Shown: positions 31,695-42,578 of the stretch, piece by piece
Layout: each line of letters opens with the position of its first letter
Position numbering within the stretch: position 1 is the first letter of the stretch
Origin: an uncultured Bacilli bacterium
GTDB lineage: Bacteria; Bacillota_I; Bacilli_A; RF39; UBA660
NCBI GenBank assembly: GCA_947624045.1
Contig: CANQIL010000005.1
Coordinates: 149 to 64,148 of the forward strand
Direction of reading: 5' to 3'
DNA length: 64,000 bases
Made by a program: the position numbers and the translations under genes
Notes under the pieces: model-generated
Databases searched by the model: none
What the model was told of the DNA's origin: nothing
The model's input: the letters and a program-made list of their open reading frames with translations, nothing else

Positions 31695-32306
31695 ATGTAT
31701 AAGAATATATTAATACTTGGTGCTGCTAGAAGTGGTAAGACTACTCTTGCAAAAAGAATTGTAAAAGAAAAAGGATATAGTTTAATTAGTATAGATAACA
31801 TTATTAGTGGCTTTGAAGCATATCCTGAACTTGAAATACATCATGATGGTGATGCAATTGATACAGCAAAAAGATTAGCTCCATTTTTGATAAAGTATTT
31901 TACTGAATTATCAGAGGGCTCTACTTTTTATGATGAAATAAAATTTGTAATTGAAGGAACTCATTTTGATTTTGAACAATTAATGCCATTTTTACTAAGT
32001 GAAAAATATAGAAAAAAATATCATATAATTGGATTAACATTTAACAAAATAACTGAACAACAATTATACGAATACATAAAAAAATATGATACTGAAGATG
32101 ATTGGACATATTGGTGTGATGAAGAAGAATTAAGAGAAAATGTTAGATATTTCATTGATAGGAATAAATACTTTAATGAAATGTTTAAAAAATATGAAAT
32201 AGCAACATTTGATACTTCATTTGATAGAGATAAAGTATTAAGTGATATTATTAATAATCTAGATGAATTGGAAAAAGGAAATAACAATACAAGTAAAATG
32301 AAATGA
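31695..32306 (+). CDS. P-loop kinase-like protein
   Basis: ILILGAARSGKTTLAKR, VIEG. Confidence 0.75.
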   Translation: MYKNILILGAARSGKTTLAKRIVKEKGYSLISIDNIISGFEAYPELEIHHDGDAIDTAKRLAPFLIKYFTELSEGSTFYDEIKFVIEGTHFDFEQLMPFLLSEKYRKKYHIIGLTFNKITEQQLYEYIKKYDTEDDWTYWCDEEELRENVRYFIDRNKYFNEMFKKYEIATFDTSFDRDKVLSDIINNLDELEKGNNNTSKMK

Positions 32307-32340
32307 TGATTCTAGATTTGAGAAGTAGCAAATTTTGTTC

Positions 32341-32447
32341 ATATAGTACTATTGACATCTTGTCTATTTTGCAGTACTATATTTGCAGATAACGAACCAA
32401 TGGAGTTTGGCAATTGTAGCCACTGTCCGTTGATTCGTTATTTTTTT
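32341..32447 (+). ncRNA. Putative small hairpin RNA with its own promoter
   Basis: TTGACA-17-TACTAT flanked by inverted ATATAGTACT/AGTACTATAT. A long stem follows (ATAACGAA..CAATGGA..TGGC / GCCA..TCCGTTG..TTCGTTAT), then a T7 run. Confidence 0.45.
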
Positions 32448-32592
32448 CTTGAATTTTTAACTGATAAGCAAAAAGCAAAAAATGATGAAGATAACAATTA
32501 AATTTAATTGAAAATAAAAGAAATAAGTGATATTTACTATATCAAATAGGAAAGTTTTGTTATAATTTTATTGGTTGATGATTTAAGGGCTT

Positions 32593-32641
32593 TTTCTAAA
32601 GAGTGGTGATAAATATGCAGAAAAGTAAGTATTTCTATAAA
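32593..32641 (+). repeat. 49-bp direct repeat, copy A
   Basis: TTTCTAAAGAGTGGTGATAAATATGCAG(A/G)AAAGTAAGTATTTCTATAAA; one mismatch to 33683-33731. Confidence 0.9.
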
Positions 32642-32722
32642 ATATTATGATGAAATTATATTAGATAAAAAAATTAACAAATTGGAAAGACACGTTTGAT
32701 TAATTTAGAAAGGAGCATACTT

Positions 32723-33614
32723 ATGAAAAATAATATAATCCAATCAGAGATGGATGTTAAAGGTAGTAAAATAAATGTTATTAGAGTTGATAGCTACGAA
32801 TATATATCACTTACTGACTTAGCAAAAACACAAAATGATGAAAGCACCAGCAGATGTTGTTAAAAATTGGTTAAGAAACAAAGAAACAATTTCTTTTCTA
32901 GGTGTATGGGAAGAATTAAATAATGAAAATTTTAAAGTGGTCGAATTCGACCAGTTTAAGAATGAAGCCGGAAGTCATTCGTTTACTATGTCCCCTCAAA
33001 AATGGATCAGAGAAACAAATGCTATTGGTATTATTTCAAAATCTGGTAAATATGGTGGTGGAACTTTTGCAAGAAGTGATATTGCATTCGAGTTTGCTAG
33101 TTGGATTAGTCCAGAATTTAAATTATATTTAATTAAAGAATTTGAAAGATTAAAAAGAAATGAGGCATATCAAGAAAAAATAGAATGGCATGCTAATAGA
33201 TTATTATCTAAATTAAACTATGTTGTTCACACTGACGCAATAAAGAAATATATTGTTCCAACTTTAACAGAACAACAAATTAAATTTGTATATGCAAATG
33301 AGGCAGATGTGTTAAATGTTGCTTTATTTGGTATGACAGCTAAAGAATGGAGAGAAAATAACCTAAAACTTGCTAAAAATGGTAATATGAGAGATTATAC
33401 TGATTTACTTCATTTGATTATTTTAAACAATTTAGAGAATACTAATGCAGAATTAATTAAAATGAATATAAAACAATCTGAGAGATTAATTAGGTTAAAT
33501 GAATCAGCAAGAAATCAAATGGAAGCATTAAAAAATAATAAAAATATTAGAGAACTAGAGGTATTGCAACAACAAGTTAATGAGGAAAATAAATACTTAA
33601 TTGAAAATAAATAG
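32723..33614 (+). pseudogene. KilA-N domain protein with a one-base frameshift near 32841-32843
   Basis: RBS AGGAG + ATG 32723 gives ..EYISLTDLAKTQNDE; an extra A then shifts into APADVVKNWLRNKETISFLGVWE..GGTFARSDIAFEFASWISPEF. Confidence 0.8.
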
Positions 33615-33682
33615 AAATTTGACGTTCAAATGTAAATATATTATTAATAATCTAGAGGGGTTGGAAATTAGTTGAGGATTTA

Positions 33683-33731
33683 TTTCTAAAGAGTGGTGAT
33701 AAATATGCAGGAAAGTAAGTATTTCTATAAA
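33683..33731 (+). repeat. 49-bp direct repeat, copy B (RBS and start of the repeat-sigma gene)
   Basis: Matches 32593-32641. Confidence 0.9.
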
Positions 33732-35936
33732 GGCATACCTTTATCTAAATATTGTAAAGATAAAGGTATTAATATAAATACTATTAGAACAAGAATATGG
33801 AAGAAAAAACATGATAAAAAGTTTGAAAATTATACTGAGCAAGAAATTATAGATATGGTTATAGAAACTTGTGGAACTTCTGTTAAATATATGTATAAAG
33901 GAATGACTTTAAGAAAGTATTGTCTTAAAAATGGTATTAGTGAAAAAGCAATATTATCTAGAATAAACAAGTTAAGAAGTACTGATAATAATCTTTCAAA
34001 TGATGAATTAGTTACTTTAGCAATCGAGGAATTTGTTAATAAAAATTATAAGTATTTCTATGAAGGTGTTACTTTAAAAGAATATTGTGAAAGTCATTCA
34101 GATATAACTTATGGTACTGTTTTAGCTTATATAAATCGCGAAAAGAAAAAAAATAAAGATATATCGATAGAAGAAATAATTAAGCAATATATAGAAAAAG
34201 AACATAAGGGTATTTATAAATACTATTATTTAGGAATACCTTTAAAGAAGTATTGTGAAGAGAATAATTTAAATTATAAAAGTATAATTACTTATATGAG
34301 TAAACATAGAAATACTTCTCAATTTAAAGACTTAAGTGATGATGAATTTGCTTCAAAAATTATAAATTCATATCAACCTTTTGAACCCAAATATTTATAT
34401 CAAGGTGTAACCTTAAGTGAATATTGTAAAAATAATAAACTATCTTATTATAGTATTATTTCCTATGTTAAAAGAAAACTAGCCAAGGATAATACTAAGA
34501 ATATTGATGAGCTAATTGATGAAGCCATAAAAACAGTAAATAGATATGGAATAATTTATTATTACAAAGGTATGCCTTTAAAAGATTATGCTAAAGAAAA
34601 AGGTTTAAATGTTAATTCCCTTCGAAGTGCCATTTTAAGAAAACAAGCAAAAAGTAATAAGCCCCTCCAAGAAATAATTGATGAATGTGTTGAAGCTTAT
34701 CAAAAGTTTTCTATTAAATATTATTATGATAGAATACCACTTATAACATATTGTAAAGAAAATGGTTTAAATTATATTACTATTATTCAAAAATATTTAA
34801 CTGAATATGCTGATGCTTCATCTATTTCTAAAGATGAAGCAATAAAACAAATAGTTGATTATTATATAGAAAATCCTAAAGGAAGAACTAAATATTATTT
34901 TAAAGACCAGTCCTTAGCTAAGTTTTGTGATACTTATGGTTATCCTTATTTAGCTATCTTAAGAAGAATTAAAACTTTAGAAAATAAAGAAAAAAAACTA
35001 GATAAAGAAAAAATTATATCACTAGCTATAAAAAAATATGAAGAAAGATTAGAAATAAATAAGATAAATGAAATTTTTAATAATTTAAAAAAGATAGAAA
35101 GTAAAGATACTAAACAAATTAAAGATATTTGTAACTTTCTAAAAATTAGCTTTATAAATGTAAGTGATTTAGTTGATATGGATTTTTCATATTATCAAGC
35201 AATTAATATGATATGGTATTTTTTTGATAATAAAACAGATGATGGCTATAAAATAATTACGGATAATAAAATAAAAAATATTTTTTCTATAATTAATAAG
35301 CTACAAAATAATAATATTAATATAAATAAGGTTGAATTATATGATTTAATTGGTATATATAAATGCGAATTATATGATTCAAGAAGTGAAATATTAAAAA
35401 AAGAAAGTAGATATATTTATAAAGTCATTTTTTCCTTAGCAAAAAGTTATGGTATTAAGGTTTATAATAACTTTGAAGACTTTGAAAGTGAATTAAAATA
35501 TTATTTATTAATAGTTATAAGTAGAATTAATTTAAATAATTTTGGTCAAATAATTAAATATATTGATTTATCAGTAAAGGGTTATTTTAGAAATTATCTA
35601 AAGGAATATATAAAGCAACATGATAGTTTGTCACTGGATAGTAATACTGTTAATAATGATAGTGGTAATAAAAAAATAACAAAGATAGATAATATAACTT
35701 GTGATAGTAAATATTATGATAAAGATGATTCATTTAGTATGGAGATGATGCAAGTACTTGAAACTTTAGAAGCTAAAGATTTAGAATTTATAATGTTAAA
35801 GTATAAAGAAGATTATAGTTATGATGAATTAGCAACACATTTTAAATTAAGTATTGAAGATATAAAATTAAAAGAAAGAGAAATTTTATCTTTACTTAAA
35901 AATAACGATAAAGTAAAAGTAATGAAATTGAAATAA
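33705..35936 (+). CDS. Protein with eight tandem HTH-like repeats and a C-terminal sigma70 region-4-like domain
   Basis: Repeats KY.Y.G..L..YC...L.Y..I; C-terminus LETLEAKDLEFIMLKY..YSYDELATHFKLS.EDIK..E..IL..LK. Confidence 0.7.
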   Translation: MQESKYFYKGIPLSKYCKDKGININTIRTRIWKKKHDKKFENYTEQEIIDMVIETCGTSVKYMYKGMTLRKYCLKNGISEKAILSRINKLRSTDNNLSNDELVTLAIEEFVNKNYKYFYEGVTLKEYCESHSDITYGTVLAYINREKKKNKDISIEEIIKQYIEKEHKGIYKYYYLGIPLKKYCEENNLNYKSIITYMSKHRNTSQFKDLSDDEFASKIINSYQPFEPKYLYQGVTLSEYCKNNKLSYYSIISYVKRKLAKDNTKNIDELIDEAIKTVNRYGIIYYYKGMPLKDYAKEKGLNVNSLRSAILRKQAKSNKPLQEIIDECVEAYQKFSIKYYYDRIPLITYCKENGLNYITIIQKYLTEYADASSISKDEAIKQIVDYYIENPKGRTKYYFKDQSLAKFCDTYGYPYLAILRRIKTLENKEKKLDKEKIISLAIKKYEERLEINKINEIFNNLKKIESKDTKQIKDICNFLKISFINVSDLVDMDFSYYQAINMIWYFFDNKTDDGYKIITDNKIKNIFSIINKLQNNNININKVELYDLIGIYKCELYDSRSEILKKESRYIYKVIFSLAKSYGIKVYNNFEDFESELKYYLLIVISRINLNNFGQIIKYIDLSVKGYFRNYLKEYIKQHDSLSLDSNTVNNDSGNKKITKIDNITCDSKYYDKDDSFSMEMMQVLETLEAKDLEFIMLKYKEDYSYDELATHFKLSIEDIKLKEREILSLLKNNDKVKVMKLK

Positions 35937-35963
35937 GCATAAATAGAAAGTGAGGATTATAAT

Positions 35964-36560
35964 ATGGAAAAATTTTTCCTAGAAATACCATCAATAGAAA
36001 GGAAAAAAGAAATAATTGCGTATTTAGATGAATTTGTTCAATATGGTTCCGATATTAATGGCGCCGGTTCTTTAGCTAAAATATATGATGGTTTATCATT
36101 TGAAGAAGCACTAGATAGATGCATGAAAATGACAAATGAAGAATTTGCTAGAAGTATTAATAGATGTCCTAGTAAAACTTTTCTCTTAATTAGAAAAAAT
36201 GATAATAAAATCATAGGTAGTATTAATATTAGATGGAATTTATCTTTAGAAATGCTAGAGTTTGGTGGTCATATAGGTTATGGAATTAGGCCTACTGAAA
36301 GGAAAAAGGGGTATAATAAAATAAATTTATATTTAGGAATGATTGAAGCTAAAAAAGTAGGCTTAGATAAAGTAATGTTAGACTGTGATGTTAATAATAT
36401 TGCCTCAGATAAAACTCTAAAAGCCTTAGGTGGAAGGCTAACTAGAACAGAAATAGATCCAAATGATGGAATATTAACTAATGTTTACTGGTTTGATGTA
36501 GATGAAACTTTAGAAAACTATAAGAGCATTTATGATCCTTATATAACAAATAAAGATTAG
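35964..36560 (+). CDS. GNAT acetyltransferase
   Basis: IIGSINIRW..GGHIGYGIRPTERKKGY..N.AS.K.L..LGG. Confidence 0.9.
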   Translation: MEKFFLEIPSIERKKEIIAYLDEFVQYGSDINGAGSLAKIYDGLSFEEALDRCMKMTNEEFARSINRCPSKTFLLIRKNDNKIIGSINIRWNLSLEMLEFGGHIGYGIRPTERKKGYNKINLYLGMIEAKKVGLDKVMLDCDVNNIASDKTLKALGGRLTRTEIDPNDGILTNVYWFDVDETLENYKSIYDPYITNKD

Positions 36561-36638
36561 GATAAAAAGTAATAAAATTTAATTGTCTTATATGTAGATA
36601 CATGCTAAAATATTCTTAAGGGTAGGAGTTGATTTTAG

Positions 36639-37160
36639 ATGTATATGGAAAATAATTTTCCAGTAAAATATGCCATATTAGAATTAAAAGAAGATGGAGG
36701 CTATTTAAGTAATTATAGTGATATTACAAGAGGCTTTATCGTTTCTAAGTGTTATGTTTTAGAATCAGTAGTTAAATATTTAGCTAATGGAAAAAGTAAA
36801 GTTTTCTATAAAGTATTTTTTCCTTTTCAAAATTTAAATATTTTAAAATTAGCTCTTCAAAATAATCAATTAGATATTGGACAAAAACTAGAACCTACAT
36901 TTAATTTAAATGGGGAAGCAAATCCTACAACTGTGGTTTCCAATTTATTTGATACTTATGAAGACGCTAAAAGATTTACTCATATAAAGAATGAATTTTT
37001 AAAAAATGAATTACCTATATATATTTCCTCTAAAGAATATAAGGAATATTTATCTATATGCCAATTATTTGAAGAATTAACTGAAGCTAATACAGAAGAT
37101 ATGCTTATTACTGAAGAAAATATTAAAGATAAACACTTACAATTAATTAAAACTTTATAA
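36639..37160 (+). CDS. Hypothetical protein
   Basis: 173-aa ORF with RBS AGGAG. Confidence 0.65.
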   Translation: MYMENNFPVKYAILELKEDGGYLSNYSDITRGFIVSKCYVLESVVKYLANGKSKVFYKVFFPFQNLNILKLALQNNQLDIGQKLEPTFNLNGEANPTTVVSNLFDTYEDAKRFTHIKNEFLKNELPIYISSKEYKEYLSICQLFEELTEANTEDMLITEENIKDKHLQLIKTL

Positions 37161-37182
37161 TTAAAAAAGACTATTTGGAAAT

Positions 37183-37710
37183 TTAATTTCTCGATAGTCC
37201 TTTTATTTTATTATCTTTTTTTTGAAGATTAGCTTTTATTTCTGCAGGAAAAGTTAAATAATTCATTTTTTTAGATAGCTCTTTAACTTTAGCTAACCAT
37301 TTAGTATCATCATTAACCATCTTACGACCACTCAAAGTAAGATAAAGTGAATCAATTTCACCAAGATTATTTATATTATTTCCTACTGTATCTAAGTCAT
37401 TGTCTATAAAAGAACAAGCGTGAGAGCAAGCAAGTAAAATATCTAAAGCAGCAAAGTCCTCCATACTTTCAAGTTTATTCCAAACTTGTCCATCTTTTAA
37501 AGTAGTTAAGGAATCTAAAGTAATTAAAGGATAATTATCAACTCCTAAATCATGCAAAATATTCGCAAGCATTTCCTTATTTTCTTCTAACTTCATTTTA
37601 GAAAAAGCTATTTTCATAGAAGTTAAAACTCCATTACCAATTACAAAATCTTCATCTTCATTAGCCATTAATTTAGTAATATAATTATTTATCTCTTTTG
37701 AATTTAACAT
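37183..37710 (-). CDS. Hypothetical protein
   Basis: 175-aa ORF with RBS GGAGG. Confidence 0.7.
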   Translation of the reverse strand: MLNSKEINNYITKLMANEDEDFVIGNGVLTSMKIAFSKMKLEENKEMLANILHDLGVDNYPLITLDSLTTLKDGQVWNKLESMEDFAALDILLACSHACSFIDNDLDTVGNNINNLGEIDSLYLTLSGRKMVNDDTKWLAKVKELSKKMNYLTFPAEIKANLQKKDNKIKGLSRN

Positions 37711-37795
37711 ATTATGCCTCCATTTATACCTATTATAATTATTTCTTTACTTTTGTCAAACAGAAAAAAACGACCATAGTCGTTTAGAAAAATTG

Positions 37796-38281
37796 CTAAT
37801 GTCTTAATTGTTTTTCTAGTAAAGAAATTTCTTTATTCAAATCAGTTTTTATTTCTTTTAACAACTCACTAGTAGAAAAATCATTTATTTTAGCTTTTAG
37901 AGTTTCATAATAATTTTTAGCTTTAGTTTCATTTAGAAAAGAGATTTGAAAAAACTTATAATCAATAGATGAAAATTGTAAAAAGACTAAATACTTTACA
38001 TAAGACGTATCAGCGTGATTATAATCAGAAATAGTAATTTGTTTTTGGATAAATCTTTTATAAATTACTTTAAGAAAAAGATTATCTTTTTTTATAATAA
38101 AACTTTCTTCACTTGGTTTTATTAGACAAGGCTTTTTTATATTAGCAAAATATTTATTGTCTAGTTCTTTATCAATACTACTATTTAAAGGTTTCTTTAA
38201 ATTATATATAGCTAAATCATGTTTTAATTTACTTATTAAATTACATTTACTAATTATAAAGGCTTCATCATTGTAGTTCAT
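37796..38281 (-). CDS. Hypothetical protein
   Basis: 161-aa ORF directly downstream of an HTH gene. Confidence 0.6.
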   Translation of the reverse strand: MNYNDEAFIISKCNLISKLKHDLAIYNLKKPLNSSIDKELDNKYFANIKKPCLIKPSEESFIIKKDNLFLKVIYKRFIQKQITISDYNHADTSYVKYLVFLQFSSIDYKFFQISFLNETKAKNYYETLKAKINDFSTSELLKEIKTDLNKEISLLEKQLRH

Positions 38282-38296
38282 ACTTTTCCTTATAAA

Positions 38297-38536
38297 TTAA
38301 CTATGTTTATATTCAATAATATCTGATAAATTACAATTTAAGTAATCACAGATTCTAGCTAAAACATAAATATCAATTTTTGTAATTGTACCTGATGAGA
38401 TTCTTTGAATTACTTTAAAATCTGTTTCTGTATCACGCATTAGTTTGTTTTTACTAATATTCATTTCAGCTAAAATATCATCTAACTTAAATAAGAATTC
38501 TCCCATACCAACTTTAATTTTAACAATTCTTTCCAC
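38297..38536 (-). CDS. Cro/XRE HTH regulator
   Basis: LDDILAEMNISKNKL..LARICDYLNCNLSDIIEY; near-palindrome ACTATTGGCT-aatg-AGCCAGTAGT upstream (38584-38607). Confidence 0.85.
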   Translation of the reverse strand: MERIVKIKVGMGEFLFKLDDILAEMNISKNKLMRDTETDFKVIQRISSGTITKIDIYVLARICDYLNCNLSDIIEYKHS

Positions 38537-38735
38537 ACTATCACCCGTTTCTTATAAAATTTTACCAGTATATGAGCTGAATAACTATTGGCTAATGAGC
38601 CAGTAGTCATATATATTATTCGCAATTACTTTGATTTTTATTAAAAAAAAGGTAAAATTTATAAAAAAAATTTTTTTCTCTTGACTTATTTTAGTGTAAA
38701 GTTTAATATATAGATACTAAAAAGTTACGAGGTGA

Positions 38736-39860
<1,125 letters not shown>

Positions 39861-39886
39861 TGTTTTAAATAATATTACACTATTTT

Positions 39887-40201
39887 TTAAATATAAAAGA
39901 TAGGTCGATTACTATTATTTGTAGTTATATTATTAGCTGTATTATTTATATTAGTATTAACAGTATTATTAGTACTAGTACTTCTTATATTTGAAGAAGT
40001 GTCAACTGAAGACATTTGGGAAGCTATTCTAAGCATCGTTTTTGCATTATTTATAATAGGCTTTACTTGATATACAATGGGAATTGCTTGATTAATAACT
40101 CCTAGAGTTTTTTGTGTACCATCAAGAAGATTTCCCCAATTTATTCCACGAGTTAGTCTAAGACCTCTAGTAAGTAGACCTGGATTACCATAGGGATACA
40201 T
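39887..40201 (-). CDS. YqfQ/VrrA-like protein
   Basis: NLLDGTQKTLGVINQAIPIVYQVKPII core with a low-complexity tail ending PIFYI. Confidence 0.55.
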   Translation of the reverse strand: MYPYGNPGLLTRGLRLTRGINWGNLLDGTQKTLGVINQAIPIVYQVKPIINNAKTMLRIASQMSSVDTSSNIRSTSTNNTVNTNINNTANNITTNNSNRPIFYI

Positions 40202-40315
40202 ATCACACCTCTTTATAATAGTGTATGTAAAAGTAGTTAAAAAGTTAAATTAAAGTATTTAAAAACAGTAATTATTATGATAAAATTATTTATAGTTAGA
40301 GTAGGAGGAAGTATT

Positions 40316-41800
40316 ATGGGCTTATTTAAAAAATCAAAAAAAGCAACGGCTAATATGCCTATTCAAGATAATGAGGTTACAACTAATTCTCAAATAGTTG
40401 ATAGTACACCAGCAACTCCTGCATCACAAAATAATACTATTATAAATCAAAATAGTAATATATTACAAAATAATCAAACCCCTATGCAGCAACAAAGTTT
40501 TGTAAATTTAAATCAGCAAGCAGTTAATGATGATAAAGACTTAATTAATAGTATGACATCTAGTGCTGATATAAATAAAAAAGTAGAAAGACCAATTAAA
40601 AGATTTCATTATGTTGTCATAAATGGAGTTGGTAAAAAAGAACAAGGAAACTTTGATGCTGAATCAGCCGATGATATTCGAAACTTCTTTCTTACGCAAG
40701 AGTATCAAGTTTTAGAAGTAAAAGAAAGGTCTAAATATGATATAGATATTGGAGGAAATGGAAAGATTAAATCTTCTGATTTAGCTTTTGCTTTAACTCA
40801 ATTATCAACTTACATAAAAGCCGGAATTCCACTAGCCGATTCAGTTAGAATATTAGCTAAGCAATCTAACAAAAAAGGTATGAAAAAAAGTTTCATGGAA
40901 CTTGTTTATGAGTTATTAAGGGGAGAGAGTTTATCAGTTGCGATGGAGCGCCAGAATAAAACGTATCCTAAATTACTTATAAATATGGTAAAAACAGCTG
41001 AAATGACAGGAGATTTACCTACTATTTTAGATGATATGGCTGATTACTATACAACAATGGACCAAACCAAAAAGCAAATGAAAAGTGCAATGACATATCC
41101 ACTAGTCGTATTAACTATTGCCTTTGCCGTTTTAATTTTTATGCTTACATATTTGGTACCTCAATTTTCGGTAATGTTTGAAGCTAACAATGCTGAACTT
41201 CCCGCTTTAACATTATCAATATTAGCAATAAGTGATTTTATCAAAGCCAAATGGTATATTTTATTAGCTGTTATACTAGTAGTAGTTATTTCATTTATTC
41301 TTTGTTTTAAGAAAATTCAGAAGTTTCGAAAAGGTGTTCAGATTTTTCTTATGCATATTCCTATAGTAAAAAATGTTATTATCTATAATGAAATAGCTAA
41401 TTTTACGAAGACTTTTGCTTCTTTAATAAATCATGGTGTATTTATTACCGATAGTATGGGAATATTATCAAAAATTACAAATAATGAAGTTTATAAAGGT
41501 ATTATTAATAAATCACTAACTAATTTAGCTAAGGGAGATTCTATTTCTACAGCTTTTAGAGGTGAATGGGCCGTTCCGGTTGTTGCCTATGAAATGTTAG
41601 TAACAGGTGAGACAACAGGACAACTTGGTAATATGATGGAAAAAGTTGCTGCTCACTTTCAAATGCTTCATAAGAATATTATTGACCAGATGAAAAGTTT
41701 AATTGAGCCCATTTTGATTTGCTTTTTAGCTTTAGTTGTTGGTGTTATTCTTATGTCTATTATTCAACCAATGTTTGCGATATACGAACAGGTTAAGTAA
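40316..41800 (+). CDS. Type IV pilus/T2SS platform protein (PilC/GspF family) with Q/N-rich N-terminal extension
   Basis: QLSTYIKAGIPL, GESLS, AEMTGDL, SAMTYP, GETTGQL, LIEP; RBS AGGAGG before ATG 40316. Confidence 0.92.
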   Translation: MGLFKKSKKATANMPIQDNEVTTNSQIVDSTPATPASQNNTIINQNSNILQNNQTPMQQQSFVNLNQQAVNDDKDLINSMTSSADINKKVERPIKRFHYVVINGVGKKEQGNFDAESADDIRNFFLTQEYQVLEVKERSKYDIDIGGNGKIKSSDLAFALTQLSTYIKAGIPLADSVRILAKQSNKKGMKKSFMELVYELLRGESLSVAMERQNKTYPKLLINMVKTAEMTGDLPTILDDMADYYTTMDQTKKQMKSAMTYPLVVLTIAFAVLIFMLTYLVPQFSVMFEANNAELPALTLSILAISDFIKAKWYILLAVILVVVISFILCFKKIQKFRKGVQIFLMHIPIVKNVIIYNEIANFTKTFASLINHGVFITDSMGILSKITNNEVYKGIINKSLTNLAKGDSISTAFRGEWAVPVVAYEMLVTGETTGQLGNMMEKVAAHFQMLHKNIIDQMKSLIEPILICFLALVVGVILMSIIQPMFAIYEQVK

Positions 41801-41812
41801 GGAGGGTAATTA

Positions 41813-42577
41813 ATGAAAATTTTATACTTAATTATCTTTTTTATTTTTGGCTTATTCTTTGGCTCATTTTTTACCGTAATCGGTCTACGTTTGCCTCAAA
41901 AAGTCTCTTTTGTAAGCGGACGTTCTCACTGTGATAAGTGTGCTCATGAACTTAGTTTCATAGACATGATTCCTGTTTTTTCATACCTTTTTTTAAGAGG
42001 AAGATGTCGCTATTGCAAGGAAAAGATTAATCCTTTATCAACTTATATGGAAATTTTTACAGGAATTTTATTTGCTTTAGCTTATTATTCATTTGGCTTT
42101 TCACTATCTTTATTTATTGCTTTAGGAATTGTTGCGTTATTAATAATTGTAACAGTAAGTGATATGTCATATTTAGTAATACCAGATGAAGTATTAATCT
42201 TTTTTACCATTTATTTTATCTTTTTTGAATTTTTAGATTTAGGTTTAAAAGCAACTTTTTTAAAAATCATTTCGGGAGTATTTTTATTTTTATTAATGTA
42301 TTTAATTATGTTAGTTGGAAATAAAGTTTTTAAAAGAGAATCAATGGGGGGAGGGGATATAAAGATGATGTTTATCTTTGGCGTTATTCTGCATCCTCTC
42401 TTAGGAGTTATTTCTATTTTTTTAGGTAGTTGCTTAGCTTTACCGGTTTCTTTAATGATACTAGTTAAACATAAAGAAAGAATAGTACCCTTTGGACCAT
42501 TCCTTTTACTAGCTTTAACTTTATTATACTTTACTAAAATAACACCTCAAACGATATTAGATATCTTAAAATTTTAA
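41813..42577 (+). CDS. Prepilin peptidase (A24)
   Basis: GSFF..RSHCDKC..IPVFSYLFLRGRCRYC, MGGGDIK, VPFGPFL. Confidence 0.95.
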   Translation: MKILYLIIFFIFGLFFGSFFTVIGLRLPQKVSFVSGRSHCDKCAHELSFIDMIPVFSYLFLRGRCRYCKEKINPLSTYMEIFTGILFALAYYSFGFSLSLFIALGIVALLIIVTVSDMSYLVIPDEVLIFFTIYFIFFEFLDLGLKATFLKIISGVFLFLLMYLIMLVGNKVFKRESMGGGDIKMMFIFGVILHPLLGVISIFLGSCLALPVSLMILVKHKERIVPFGPFLLLALTLLYFTKITPQTILDILKF

Positions 42578-42578
42578 A

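Noticed and set aside
25150-38700. attR duplication of the tRNA-Thr 3' end, or an integrase bounding the island
   Set aside because: No second copy of the tRNA end and no integrase found, so the island's right boundary is undefined.
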